A stretch of 64,000 nucleotides of DNA, from positions 18,349,648 through 18,413,647 of the forward strand of contig NC_092673.1 of assembly GCF_964355755.1 (NCBI RefSeq). Reading direction: 5' to 3'. Positions 1-12,900 of this stretch are shown here, piece after piece. The position numbers and the translations under genes are program-made. The DNA is from Antedon mediterranea. Taxonomy: Eukaryota; Animalia; Echinodermata. Every line of letters begins with the position of its first letter. The stretch's first letter is position 1. Below the pieces are notes generated by a model. That model had not been told where the DNA came from, ran no database searches, and saw only the letters and a program-made list of their open reading frames with translations.

Positions 1-326
1 CCCCAAACTTTGGCTATTGTTTACTTGCTTTGTCCTATTGTAAACTAAAGCCTAGTTTGGCTTAGTTCACATACTACCAGTCTATCTTGTGATGACCAGT
101 CATCTCAGACTATGCTACTTTATATATTAGACACTGAAATATAACAAAAATATTAGGTTAATTTTGATTTCAGGTTTTTAAAATTTAATTTTTGTAATCA
201 AAGATGTATAAATATATGGAGTTTCAATCTTGAGATTTTGCTTTTTAAAATTATTGTCAAACTTATATATTAACTATATACAACTTATAAATATTGTTCA
301 ACTTTACTAATACATTGTTATAATAG

Positions 327-3300
327 ATTCAATTCCAGAGAACCATCTACTTATGGTATCGTTACAACTACAGTGTTTCAGGCAACTAATAAGAGCAAAA
401 GGGTGAAAGATGTAGAGGGTAAGAGTCAAAGAAATGCTATTGGAAAATATTGATTAACTTCTGTATATAACACATTAATCATTTGATAAAGTAAACATTT
501 TACATTCAAATTGTTGCTATAAATTTAAACCTTAGTTTTGGAGTTCCATTATTAATCTTACTGTACATTGTATAACAGCAGTTGAATGACATTTTGGACA
601 AATGCTATTAAGTACTGTAGTTAGAAATATGTAGACTCATAAATCTGCTAGTAGGCCCTGAACCTTAAAATAACAAATTTATGTCTTCCTTTAAATAACA
701 AATTTATGTCTTCCTTTAAATAAGATTCCATAACACAATTATAGTCATAATTGGGTTTACTGAACATTAACCTCTTATTTTCAATACCTTCAACATTTAT
801 ACCAAATTCGTAGGTATATTGAGTATATTGATATACCCACTAGTGAAAATGCTGTACGTTGTCTTGTCTTGCCACGACTGGACTATTGTAATTCTTTACT
901 TCTTGGCACATCTAGCAAAGAAATCAAACCCTCTTGAAAAAACACACCTTAAGAGTTTATTGCGCCACTAGTTTGGAACCAGCTTCCACTTAACCGTCAG
1001 TGTAAGCAATTCAAGTCACTTCTAAAATCTCACCTTTTTTAATAATTCTAGTTGGTCTTTTAGCGCTGTGAGACATCAGTAAATAGTGCTTTGTAAAAGT
1101 TTATTATTATTCTTAATAATAAATATCACACTATCACTTAATATTGTTGATCTATAAATAATACATTTATTTTTCTTTCTTTGTAAAGGTGCTGAACTAT
1201 CCAAGCAAATTCGTGCACATGCGTTAGAAAAGAAATTAGATGAAGGTAGGCACATACTAAAACATTAAAATGTTATTATTTTTTATATCTGCAGATTTAG
1301 GTATATCAAGCAATATTACCATAGTGCTTTTTTTTATTGTTTTTAAAAGGCAATGATAACAGCTTGGCTAAAGTTTGGAATATTGTAAGGAAAGGTTTAA
1401 CAATGGCAACAGGAAAGGTAGATGTGAGTGACATAACTAGTATTTGGGACTTTGCTGGTCAACTAGACTACTATATAACACACAGGGTATGTTTGTCTTA
1501 ATTATCCTCGAGTCTTTTCTTGATAGTGAAATCAACATGTGATTCTTTTACTTCTATCTGGATTTAGATACAAGTAAATATATCTGTATCATCATAATAA
1601 AAATGACAATAGAAGATGTTGGGCAATAATAACCAACATAATACAGACAATAGACGATGTTGGGCAATAATAACCAACATAATAATGACAATAGAAGATG
1701 TTGGGCAATAATAACCAACATAATAATGACAATAGAAGATGTTGGGCAATAATAACCAACATAATACTGACAATAGAAGATGTTGGGCAATAATAACCAA
1801 CATAATACAGACAATAGAAGATGTTGGGCAATAATAACCAACATAATACAGACAATAGAAGATGTAGGGCAATAATAACCAACATAATACTGACAATAGA
1901 AGATGTTGGGCAATAATAACCAACATAATACTGATAATAGAAGATGTAAGGCAATAATAACCAACATAATAATGACAATAGAAGATGTTGGGCAATAATA
2001 ACCAACATAATACTGACAATAGAAGATGTAAGGCAATAATAACCAACATAATACTGACAATAGAAGATGTTGGGCAATAATAACCAACATAATACTGATA
2101 ATAGAAGATGTAAGGCAATAATAACCAACATAATAATGACAATAGAAGATGTTGGGCAATAATAACCAACATAATACAGACAATAGAAGATGTTGGGCAA
2201 TAATAACCAACATAATACAGACAATAGAAGATGTTGGGCAATAATAACCAACATAATACTGACAATAGAAGATGTTGGGCAATAATAACCAACATAATAC
2301 AGACAATAGAAGATGTTGGGCAATAATAACCAACATAATACTGACAATAGAAGATGTAAGGCAATAATAACCAACATAATACAGACAATAGAAGATGTTG
2401 GGCAATAATAACCAACATAATACTGACAATAGAAGATGTTGGGCAATAATAACCAACATAATACTGACAATAGAAGATGTAGGGCAATAATAACCAACAT
2501 AATACTGACAATAGAAGATGTAGGGCAATAATAACCAACATAATAATGACAATAGAAGATGTTGGGCAATAATAACCAACATAATACTGACAATAGAAGA
2601 TGTTGGGCAATAATAACCAACATAATACAGACAATAGAAGATGTTGGGCAATAATAACCAACATAATACTGACAATAGAAGATGTTGGGCAATAATAACC
2701 AACATAATACTGACAATAGAAGATGTTGGGCAATAATAACCAACATAATAATGACAATAGAAGATGTTGGGCAATAATAACCAACATAATACAGACAATA
2801 GAAGATGTTGGGCAATAATAACCAACATAATACAGACAATAGAAGATGTTGGGCAATAATAACCAACATAATACTGATAATAGAAGATGTAAGGCAATAA
2901 TAACCAACATAATAATGACAATAGAAGATGTAGGGCAATAATAACCAACATAATACAGACAATAGAAGATGTTGGGCAATAATAACCAACATAATAATGA
3001 CAATAGAAGATGTTGGGCAATAATAACCAACATAATACAGACAATAGAAGATGTTGGGCAATAATAACCAACATAATACAGACAATAGAAGATGTTGGGC
3101 AATAATAACCAACATAATACAGACAATAGAAGATGTTGGGCAATAATAACCAACATAATAATGACAATAGAAGATGTTGGGCAATAATAACCAACATAAT
3201 AATGACAATAGAAGATGTTGGGCAATAATAACCAACATAATACTGACAATAGAAGATGTTGGGCAATAATAACCAACATAATACTGACAATAGAAGATGT

Positions 3301-6300
3301 TGGGCAATAATAACCAACATAATAATGACAATAGAAGATGTTGGGCAATAATAACCAACATAATACTGACAATAGAAGATGTTGGGCAATAGTAGCCAAC
3401 ATAATACTGACAATAGAAGATGTTGGGCAATAGTAGCCAACATAATACAGACAATAGAAGATGTAGGGCAATAATAACCAACATAATACTGACAATAGAA
3501 GATGTTGGGCAATAATAACCAACATAATACAGACAATAGAAGATGTTGGGCAATAATAACCAACATAATACAGACAATAGAAGATGTTGGGCAATAATAA
3601 CCAACATAATACTGACAATAGAAGATGTTGGGCAATAATAACCAACATAATACAGACAATAGAAGATGTTGGCAGGCCCGTAGCCAGGGGGGGTTTTTAT
3701 GGTTCGGGCGAACCCCCCTTTACAGCGAACCCCCCTTAACCGACTGCGAACCCCCATCCCCGACATGCCCAATACCTCACCCTCATCTCCGAAAATCGTC
3801 CAAATATGTGCCCCACAGTACAAAAAGTTGTTCGTAAATTAAAAAATTCGTAAACTCGTTCGGAATAACTCATACAGTACCTTCTTCCCTGTATGAGCGT
3901 ACTTCGAGCGATACGTGTCTGTAAATTTCTAAGAGTTGCAAATGAATTGCCGATTTTAACCTGAAAAATAAATGTTTGGTCCCTGCATGTAACATGATAT
4001 TGACCCGTCTCACAGCGAGCTGGGGCACGAACGATTCGTACAAAGGACACCGCCAGACAACTGCGTACCAATTGTTTAGATCACTGGCAGTCAGGCAGCA
4101 TGCATAAAGTATATAGCCTTCCGACATACATCAGTATTTATGTGTGGCTATGAAGTATAATGTATCATAGAGAATTATAGTGAATATTAATATTTTACAC
4201 TATAATATCTATGGTATCATGTACTGTAGTTCACATTATGGCATCCGATTATTTTTTTCTAGACCACCAGCCAATACGTACTCAAATGTATCAATATCAG
4301 CTATTTACGTTGGCATATTTAATTTCCTCAACAAATTGCTGTAAATAAATATTATAGATAGAGCTATAATAAGAATTGCATTTTCCTTCACCCAGTGTGC
4401 TTTTTTTCGGGGCTTCTCCTAGACGTACGTTCGCATTGAACTTGAACGCAAAACAAAATATCGAGTAATAATGATCTAACAATCGGCGGTTCCGCACAGA
4501 GCACGTGCATCTAACATACGGCAACAAACGTTATCGTTTAAATAGTCCACGAGTCCAAGTACGATCGTTTTGCTCATTGGTAGCATGCTGCATGAGAGTG
4601 TCTTTTCCGGCCATCTAGGGGTGTCATTTAACAAAATTTGCTTTGCCGATACGTACTCAAATGTATCAATATCAGCTATTTACATTGGCATATTTAATTT
4701 CCTCAACAAATTGCTGTAAATAAATATTATAGATAGAGCTATAATAAGAATTGCATTTGCCTTCACCCAGTGTGCTTTTTTCGGGGCTTCTCCTAGACGT
4801 ACGTTCGCATTGAACTTGAACGCAAAACAAAATATCGAGTAAAATGATCAAACAATTGGCGGTTCCGCACAGAGCACGCGCATCTAATATACGGCAACAA
4901 ATGTTATCGTTTAAATTTAACAAAATTTGCTTCGCCTCAGGCCCCACCCCAGGGGAAGAGGGTAGGTATGGGGGTGGGGTGACCCAAATACTTAGTGTGC
5001 GAAAATCCCCTTGACAGATCCTGGCTACGGCCCTGGTTGGGCAATAATAACCAACATAATAATGACAATAGAAGATGTTGGGCAATAATAACCAACATAA
5101 TAATGACAATAGAAGATGTTGGGCAATAATAACCAACATAATAATGACAATAGAAGATGTTGGTCAATAATAACCAACATAATACTGACAATAGAAGATG
5201 TTGGGCAATAATAACCAACATAATACAGACAATAGAAGATGTTGGGCAATAATAACCAACATAATACAGACAATAGAAGATGTTGGGCAATAATAACCAA
5301 CATAATAGTGAACATAAATATTTAGGAGTATGGATAGATGAAAAACTGTCATGGAACGCCAACACTGCCAAAGTCTATGCGAAGGCAAACCAAAGATTGT
5401 ACTTCTTAAGGAAATTAAGAAACTTTAATATTGGCAGAGATGCGCTGTCTCTATTCCATCAGGCTATGATACAGTCCATATTAACATTTTGCTGTATTGT
5501 ATGGCTAAATAGTTTATCTAAGTATAACTCAAATAAATTACAGAGAATAATAAAAATGGCTAAGAAGGTAATAGGTGCAAACGTCCCATCTATCCATGAT
5601 ATATGCGATAAGGTTATGGAGAAAAAACTAAAATGTATAATTAACGACCAGTCTCATCCTCTTTTTAACTTTATAAATTTCAGTAGATCCGGAAGGATGA
5701 TTCCTTCAATTAAGAAGACTGAGCGTCATAATTCCGTGTGCAATCAGGCAATACAACAAGCAATTTAAAAGATAACTTGAGACGTTTTATATTTTATTCT
5801 TTATATAGTATTTTAATATTTATACTGTTCATAATGTTTTATACATAAGCATATTTTCTTATATATTATCTTATCCATTGTATAGTATTGTATGTTTTTA
5901 ACTGTTGTTATTTTTATTGTAATTTGAACCTTGGAAGGCAAATTTCATTTACTGTGTATTTGACAATAAATTTTAACTTGAACTTGAACTTGATAATACT
6001 GACAATAGAAGATGTTGGGCAATAATAACCAACATAATACTGACAATAGAAGATGTTGGGCAATAATAACCAACATAATACTGACAATAGAAGATGTTGG
6101 GCAATAATAACCAACATAATACTGACAATAGAAGATATTGGGCAATAATAACCAACATAATACTGACAATAAATGAAACATGTATATTCTCTGTTTTGTT
6201 TGTGCCATAGCAAGTTTTTTACAGTTTTGTATTTTAGTTATTTTCTATATCCAACAGTATTAATATTAACTTTTTTGGTAGCCAAAAATTGAAAAAACTA

Positions 6301-6932
6301 TATTTCTTTATTATTTATAAATTATAAATGTTGACTTTATTTAGAGGATAATATGTAAAGCCTCTATGCACTTCACATTAAAAGTAACAAGTTTTCAATT
6401 ACAAAAACAAAGAAATAAATGAAAAATAGGTATTCATTTTGTTTCATTTTAAGTTATTTTTTGGACGCACCTTTATCAATGCAGTGTGCCACTGTTGTAA
6501 AAGTAAGGTTTAATTATAATATTCTATCTATTAACCTTTACATTGTATTTATATCTTTCAGTTCTTTCTGACAAACAAAGTATCATACTATGTTACGTTT
6601 AATGTGATGGATAACTTGAACGAACTAGCTAATCCACGAGATTCATCAATTGTAAGTTCACCAAGTATTTAAGATTATTTTGTAAAATTTATCAACAGAG
6701 AATTGTTTATTTTTTAATTACAATTACATTTTGATTTTAGGATTCCCTAGGAATGACTAATTTGGACATGAATTTGTTCTGGATAAGGACTATTTATGAA
6801 CATACTGTGTTAAAACACAATTCAGGAAACCCCATTTTCATTGATGGCAAGAGTATAGCATCGCCTCCTATCTGTTTGGTTGCTACCCATATGGATAAAT
6901 TGTCAGGGACAGAATCAGAAAAACAGATGAAG
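327..6932 (+). CDS. Roc GTPase domain 1 exons (P-loop exon presumably upstream of window)
   Basis: Exons 327-418 (FNSREPSTYGI, G2), 1189-1245, 1350-1486 (SIWDFAGQLDYYITHR, G3), 6562-6651 (FFLTNKVSYYVTFN), 6741-6932 (PPICLVATHMD, G4). All have AG/GT boundaries and join in frame. Confidence 0.9.
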
Positions 6933-9900
6933 GTAATAGCTGTAGTATACATTTATAACTTAAACATCATTTGACTCTACACATTTATGCACATTGCTTA
7001 TTTCTGAATGGTAAATCAGAACGGATAAGCATCACATGAAATAAAAGAAGAAACCTTTTTTTGTATTGTTAATATAAGAATACAATTTTACTAATTAAAG
7101 GCTGAGAAGATGTTCATGCAGATGTTTGATGCAATGAAAGGAATGCCGTATGCCAAGCATGTAGATCGTGAAATGTACATGGTGGATAACACTGTAAAGT
7201 CACATGAAGGTATTGAAAAACTTAAGCGAAATGTTGGTAGATACATGAAAGAAATGGTGATGAAAGTTCCTGTAAAGTGGGTTGATTTGCAAGAAAGGTT
7301 GCAAATAATTGGAAAAACAAGATTGTACATTACCTTGACAGAGGTAAGGGTTTGAATTACTTTTGTTTTCAATGTATAGTTATAGAATTCTATCATTCAA
7401 TATGTTGTGTGTGTACTCAGAAGATTTACTTCAGAGGTAAATAATTGTAATCAAACATTAATCAGTAATTATAGTAATTATTTAGTCAGTGATGCGGCCG
7501 TGAACATCAGTCTGTATTGCACCTTCCAATAGTACTGTCCTGTTTAGTTATTTATTTGTCAAATGAATTTAGTGTAATAATTATTATTAAAATGTCAATT
7601 CTGCTTTAGGTTTCTAAGATTGCAACTCAATGTGGAATTCCTCAAGAAGTACTCACCACTGCCATAAGTTATCTGAATGACACTGGAATTATCATGTACA
7701 CTGGCACTAATGAGAAATTAAGAAACATTGTGATAACAAATCTTCACTGGATGATTGAAATTTTGACAAAAGTCATCACAGTATTTACACCAATGTTTGA
7801 AATGGTTAGTAAATGCATATTATATATAACTAGACTTGTATATCAGTAGGTCTATTACATTTAGAATCTTTTTTTTTTTGTACACAGAAGAAAGCAGAAG
7901 ATCGGAAGCAATTACAGAAGCTATGGGGAAAGCTTAGCAATGAAGGAGTTCTTGAAGAGATGTTACTACGTTATTTGTGGCGGAATGAAGATGAAGATCT
8001 TTTTGATGTTTTTGTAGAACTGATGAAAGTATTTTGTTTGCTCTTTGAGAAGACAAAGGTAGGCACATAGTATACACTTTTAATGATTTAAAAAAATGTA
8101 ACTGTAAAGCTCTTACCTAAAAATATAAAACTAACCACTTGTATTAATTTATGTGTAATTGTGATATCATATTATAATAACAGGAAATTAAAGAAGCTAA
8201 CCGGATATTTTTAGTTTCCTGTCGAATGAAAGTTGACAAAAAAGACATTTTGAAAGTCACAGCAGATGACACACAAACAGTATCAATTTACCTGACTCCG
8301 ACAGACTTCCTATCTGATGCTGTGTACCACACATTGGTTGTTGCATTTCTTGAATTGATGACAGAAAAGGGTAGTGATGATTCAGAAGTGTTCCGGAATC
8401 GTAGTGACTTTAAATTTAGTGGTCACACTTTAAGCTTAGGTTCTGTGAAAATTTACCATGAAAAAGAAAAGCCATGTGCTTTAAAGGTTTGAAATTAATT
8501 ACTACTTTTTCTATTAATTATATTCTAATTTTAATATTTAATAAAAATGTGTATATAAAGAGAAAACATAAAACCAATTAACGTTGAATATCGTATATAT
8601 ATGCATTCTTCTGTATTACACACTTTTTTCTTTAATAGTACAACAAACCTTGCTTTACTAATTTTGTAACGATGTATTGTTCCCTCAAAACATGACAAAT
8701 TAATTATATATTATTATATTCTACTTTCAATATTTAGTAAAAATTTGTATTTAAAGAGAAAACATAAAACCAATTAACGTTGAATATAGTATATATGCAT
8801 TCTGCTTTATGCCAATGTATTACGCATTTTTTTCTTTAATAGTACAACAAATCTTGCTTTACTAATTTTGTTTATTTTAACGATGTATTGTTCCCCCCAA
8901 AACATGACAAATTAATTAAAAATTTGACGTTAAATAGCCCATATTGCAGTTTTAATAAAGTTATTCACTTCCGTAAAAAAAACAACAAACAACAGTAATG
9001 ATTTCACTTTTTACGTGAATAACTATTATGTGACATTAAATAACATTTTTTAAAAATAACAATTTTTGAAATTATTTTTTCAGGGGAACAATGCAGTATA
9101 TCTTTTATATTTATGTTCCATTTCAATGTTTATGTGTTATATGTGTTTATCCATCTGTATTGATTATCAAAAGTCATAGATAAATGTCGTAATATACTGT
9201 GTGAATGTTTTTCTTGACAGCTAGAAATATCACGCTGGAATAAAATTGATGATGAAAGAAGTGATGGCAAAGAAACAGAGGTATCTGAACCAGAACCGAG
9301 TGTCTGCATGGAGGTAATTATAAGATTATCACTTTTAAACAAATTTATCATGTAATATTAATCTATAAATAACATGTCATTCCCATGTTTTAGGTACTAA
9401 GCTACTTGAAAGAGCAACTAAAAACTGTTTGCAATATATATGAGGGCATTGGCTACAATCTACGTGTGTTATGTACTGCTTGTAACCCAGATGAACATCA
9501 CTTAATTGATCTTGACGAGTGTTTGAAAAATGATTTTGTTCCATGTGGAAGAAGAATTAAGGCTATGGATACTGCTCGTATAAAGCACTTATTTTCAATG
9601 AGTAAGTTGGTTTGGTTATTTTTCAATGTTGTCATCCTTACTTCATACTGCTCATATAAAGCACTTATTTTTACTGAGTAAGTTGGTTTGGTTATTCTTC
9701 AATGTTTTCATCATAACTTCATACTGCTCTTATAAAGCACTTATTTTCAATGAGTAAGTTGGTTTGGTTATTCTTCAATGTTGTTATCCTTACTTCATAC
9801 TGCTCGTATAAAGCACTTATTTTCAATGAGTAAGTTGGTTTGGTTATTCTTCAATGTTGTCATCACCATTACTTCATCATAATGAATTCTTAATCTTTGT

Positions 9901-12900
9901 TGCATCAGTGAACAAAGAAAACTTAAAATTTCTTAATTTTAACTATGAAACTTTCAGTGGTAGATGCCTGTGTAACAAGCAAATGCGTACTGTAGGCCTA
10001 TAGAATCTAAGTGTTGTACATATTATTACCCCGGTCATAATCCCATGATGCAGCTAGTAGTCAGAGCAAAGTTTCAGCTGAATCAGATCCAAGTTTGGTG
10101 TAAAATATATTTATCGGAATATTTGAAGTGGGTATGGGTTGGTGTGGGTATGATTTGGTTCAGGTTCAATCATGAAGATCACCTATTATTTGTCAATAAT
10201 GACTAAATAAAATCTAGTTTATATAGTAATTGAAAAAATAAAAGAATTTATGTTTGTGAATATTGTTTGTTTGTTCAGTAATACGGTAGTACTTGAAAAC
10301 TAATTATACCCGCTGAACTGATGAATTTGATATTTAAAGTCATTGCATTAATTGATTTTAAGAAAATAATTCTGATTTATACAAATAATTTATTTAATTC
10401 ATTGAAAATCCTAAAATGAAGAAGGAAACAAGTTTCTTAGCCTTACATTGCAATATTGATTGATTGATATTACCCAGCTTCTGTTGATTGATAATTTCAA
10501 TAAACATGTTGATGTTTAAAAGTAAATCCTTTATTATATACGCAAACGATTGAAAGACATGCCATGCCTATGATAGGCTAAGTGTTTATTATACAATGCA
10601 ATAATTGGCTGCTGTCACTAAAATGCAAGTGCTTGGATGAAATTTAAACTACTTATTTATTTAAATTTGCAAAGAACATTTTAGGTGCCGTCCCTCATAT
10701 TTTTATAAGAATCTCAAATACAAAAAGCATCTACTACTATATCAATAGGGACTTTGCGAAACACGACGGGAAGCCACAAGATGGTGATCATGAATAATTT
10801 ATGCATGAGCTTTAACAAAGTGGGCAGAGCTTAGTGTTTCCCTCTTAACTTAAAGTCTTAACTTTTTCAGGACGATAAACTTGCCATTTTCCCGTTTACA
10901 GAGAACGGCTAGAAATAATTTATTTATTTAATTTTTTTTTTATTTAAAAACATATTTATACAGGATAAAAACATATCAGGTTTAGATGTATCAACTGTTT
11001 TACATATGGTCCTGTTTATATAAAATAAAAGGTTAAAACATGCATAAAGAATTCTTTAAAACACGTAAAAATAGTAAAATAACAAATTAAGTCAAAATAT
11101 ATGTACTATATATTTGTATATTTTCGAGAAAATGCAATTTCAGTTTACTTGTTACTTTAAGACTGCTTGCTGGCTTTTGAAAATTGTCTCCTATCTTTTA
11201 ACACTAATTTGGGATCCTGGTCTAGATTTAATGGAGTAGTCCTATATATCTATCTTTATTTTCATTTTGGTAAAGGTCTTAAAGGACAAACAGACAGACA
11301 AACAAACACACGCACACGCGATCGACTACATATACCTCATTAGTAAAAAGGTTCATCTGGATCACTGTATAGTATTTTAAGTAAATTTTCTTTTGGATGA
11401 TCCAAAGTTGAATAAAATTCGTAAACTTGCGTTTTTTACTCTAGCTTTCGCTGGTCAACGACGCAGCTTAATCATGAGTGAGTCTCTGTGACTTGGACTT
11501 GTTACCATTAGATCTCGTATATGGTATAGCGCCATCTATAGATCGTTCAGGTTTTCCCAAATGGGATTGTCGGGGCCTCCTCTTTAGTAAGTTTAAGTTT
11601 AGTTTAAGTACTATTGTACTTATTACCATTTGGACCTATTGTACCTTTATTACATGTACAAGCCCCTTCCTGTTGATCAGGAGAACTCACCAATTCTGAT
11701 GATTTGTGACCCCTTAATTACTGATGTTCATCCGCCCCAGTGGTCCACCTTGAAACTGTACTACTGTAAAGTGTATAGCAGTCCCAGTGAAGCAGATTTG
11801 TGTTAGAAGGACCCTGCTGTGTTTGTGTAAACAATTCACAGGATACCTCATTACAATTTTGACAGGTTAAAAGAACTTGGTTAAAAAATCTAAGGGACTT
11901 GTACACGTCATGTTGGCGGAGGGGAATTTTTGAAGAGTGTTGAAGAAGTCCTTAGATATGCAATGAGCTAAAGGCACGCTAAACATAATACAGTAGTAAC
12001 AATTACCACCGTTTCTCTGGAAATTAGTCAAAGTATCTAAATATAGTATACTACAAGTGGTCTTGGATGCTAATCTTAATAGAGATTTAAGATAGGTCTA
12101 CATTGCTTTACACTTTTTTTTAATTGGACCTTGAACAATCAATAATTACACTAATTTGTTATATTAATAAACATGGACGTAAATGACAACTAATCCAGGT
12201 GGATTTAAAAATTCATTTAAATTCATGTACTCGCCTCTCTAAATATAAACTATGATCTTTAAGCTTTTGGACGGCGACGTGTTTAGTGAACATGCTTTTT
12301 TTCTTTGCCTTTTATATACTGTGTATAGATTATGCAAAGCAAACAATTATTTGAAAATAAGTCATGCTTGCTTAATATATAGCACCTAACAGTATACACA
12401 GATGCTATAACATTGGATTATTCTGATTTATATGCATACATTAAAACACTATTTTTGACAAGACATGTTTAATAATTTTTTTTGTTAGACTAAGTTCCAT
12501 CTGCTATTATTGCTCGTGGTACAGATGTACAGACGATCTACAAACGAGTCTGTAGTGTTTTTTTGGCAAGTTTATAACATAAAAATATCTGGCCGAACCT
12601 AGGCCTCACACAGTCTTTCCATATATACCAAACCAAAAACGTTGTCTGGCAATTGTGCAGTTGCTATTCCAGCAGTTTACTGTCTTCCTTGACCTACGAC
12701 TATTTTTAGTGGTACTGGTATTGCAAGAATCATGAATAGCAGCAGAAATTTGTTTGCATAAGTTGTCAATAGAGGACTTTTTTTTTAATACTTAAAAAGT
12801 ACCGTATATACACAGATGCTAAAATTGGATTATTCTGATATATCCATATATTTATCACAAAAAAAAGCATTCTATTCAAAATACTCTTAAAGACATGCTT

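Larger units (their letters stand above)
1604..6170. repeat. 41-bp minisatellite (GACAATAGAAGATGTTGGGCAATAATAACCAACATAATACT) in three blocks: 1604-3672, 5036-5307, 5993-6170
   Basis: About 50 + 7 + 4 near-identical tandem copies inside a Roc1 intron, split by two insertions. Confidence 0.97.

Noticed and set aside
1604-3672. CRISPR-like appearance of the tandem arrays (also 44.5, 56.8 and 58.6 kb)
   Set aside because: Units are directly adjacent with no unique spacers, there are no cas genes, and the context is eukaryotic.
1554-3823. Three overlapping ~700-aa Cys/Tyr/Leu-rich minus-strand ORFs (also small ones at 4672-5388 and 5914-6213)
   Set aside because: Artifact of a 41-bp unit with no stop on the minus strand. 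All three frames give the same 41-aa period, and the array is intronic.
11718-11950. Minus-strand ORF with CQNC, possibly a zinc-binding or integrase fragment
   Set aside because: Too short and no further motifs.
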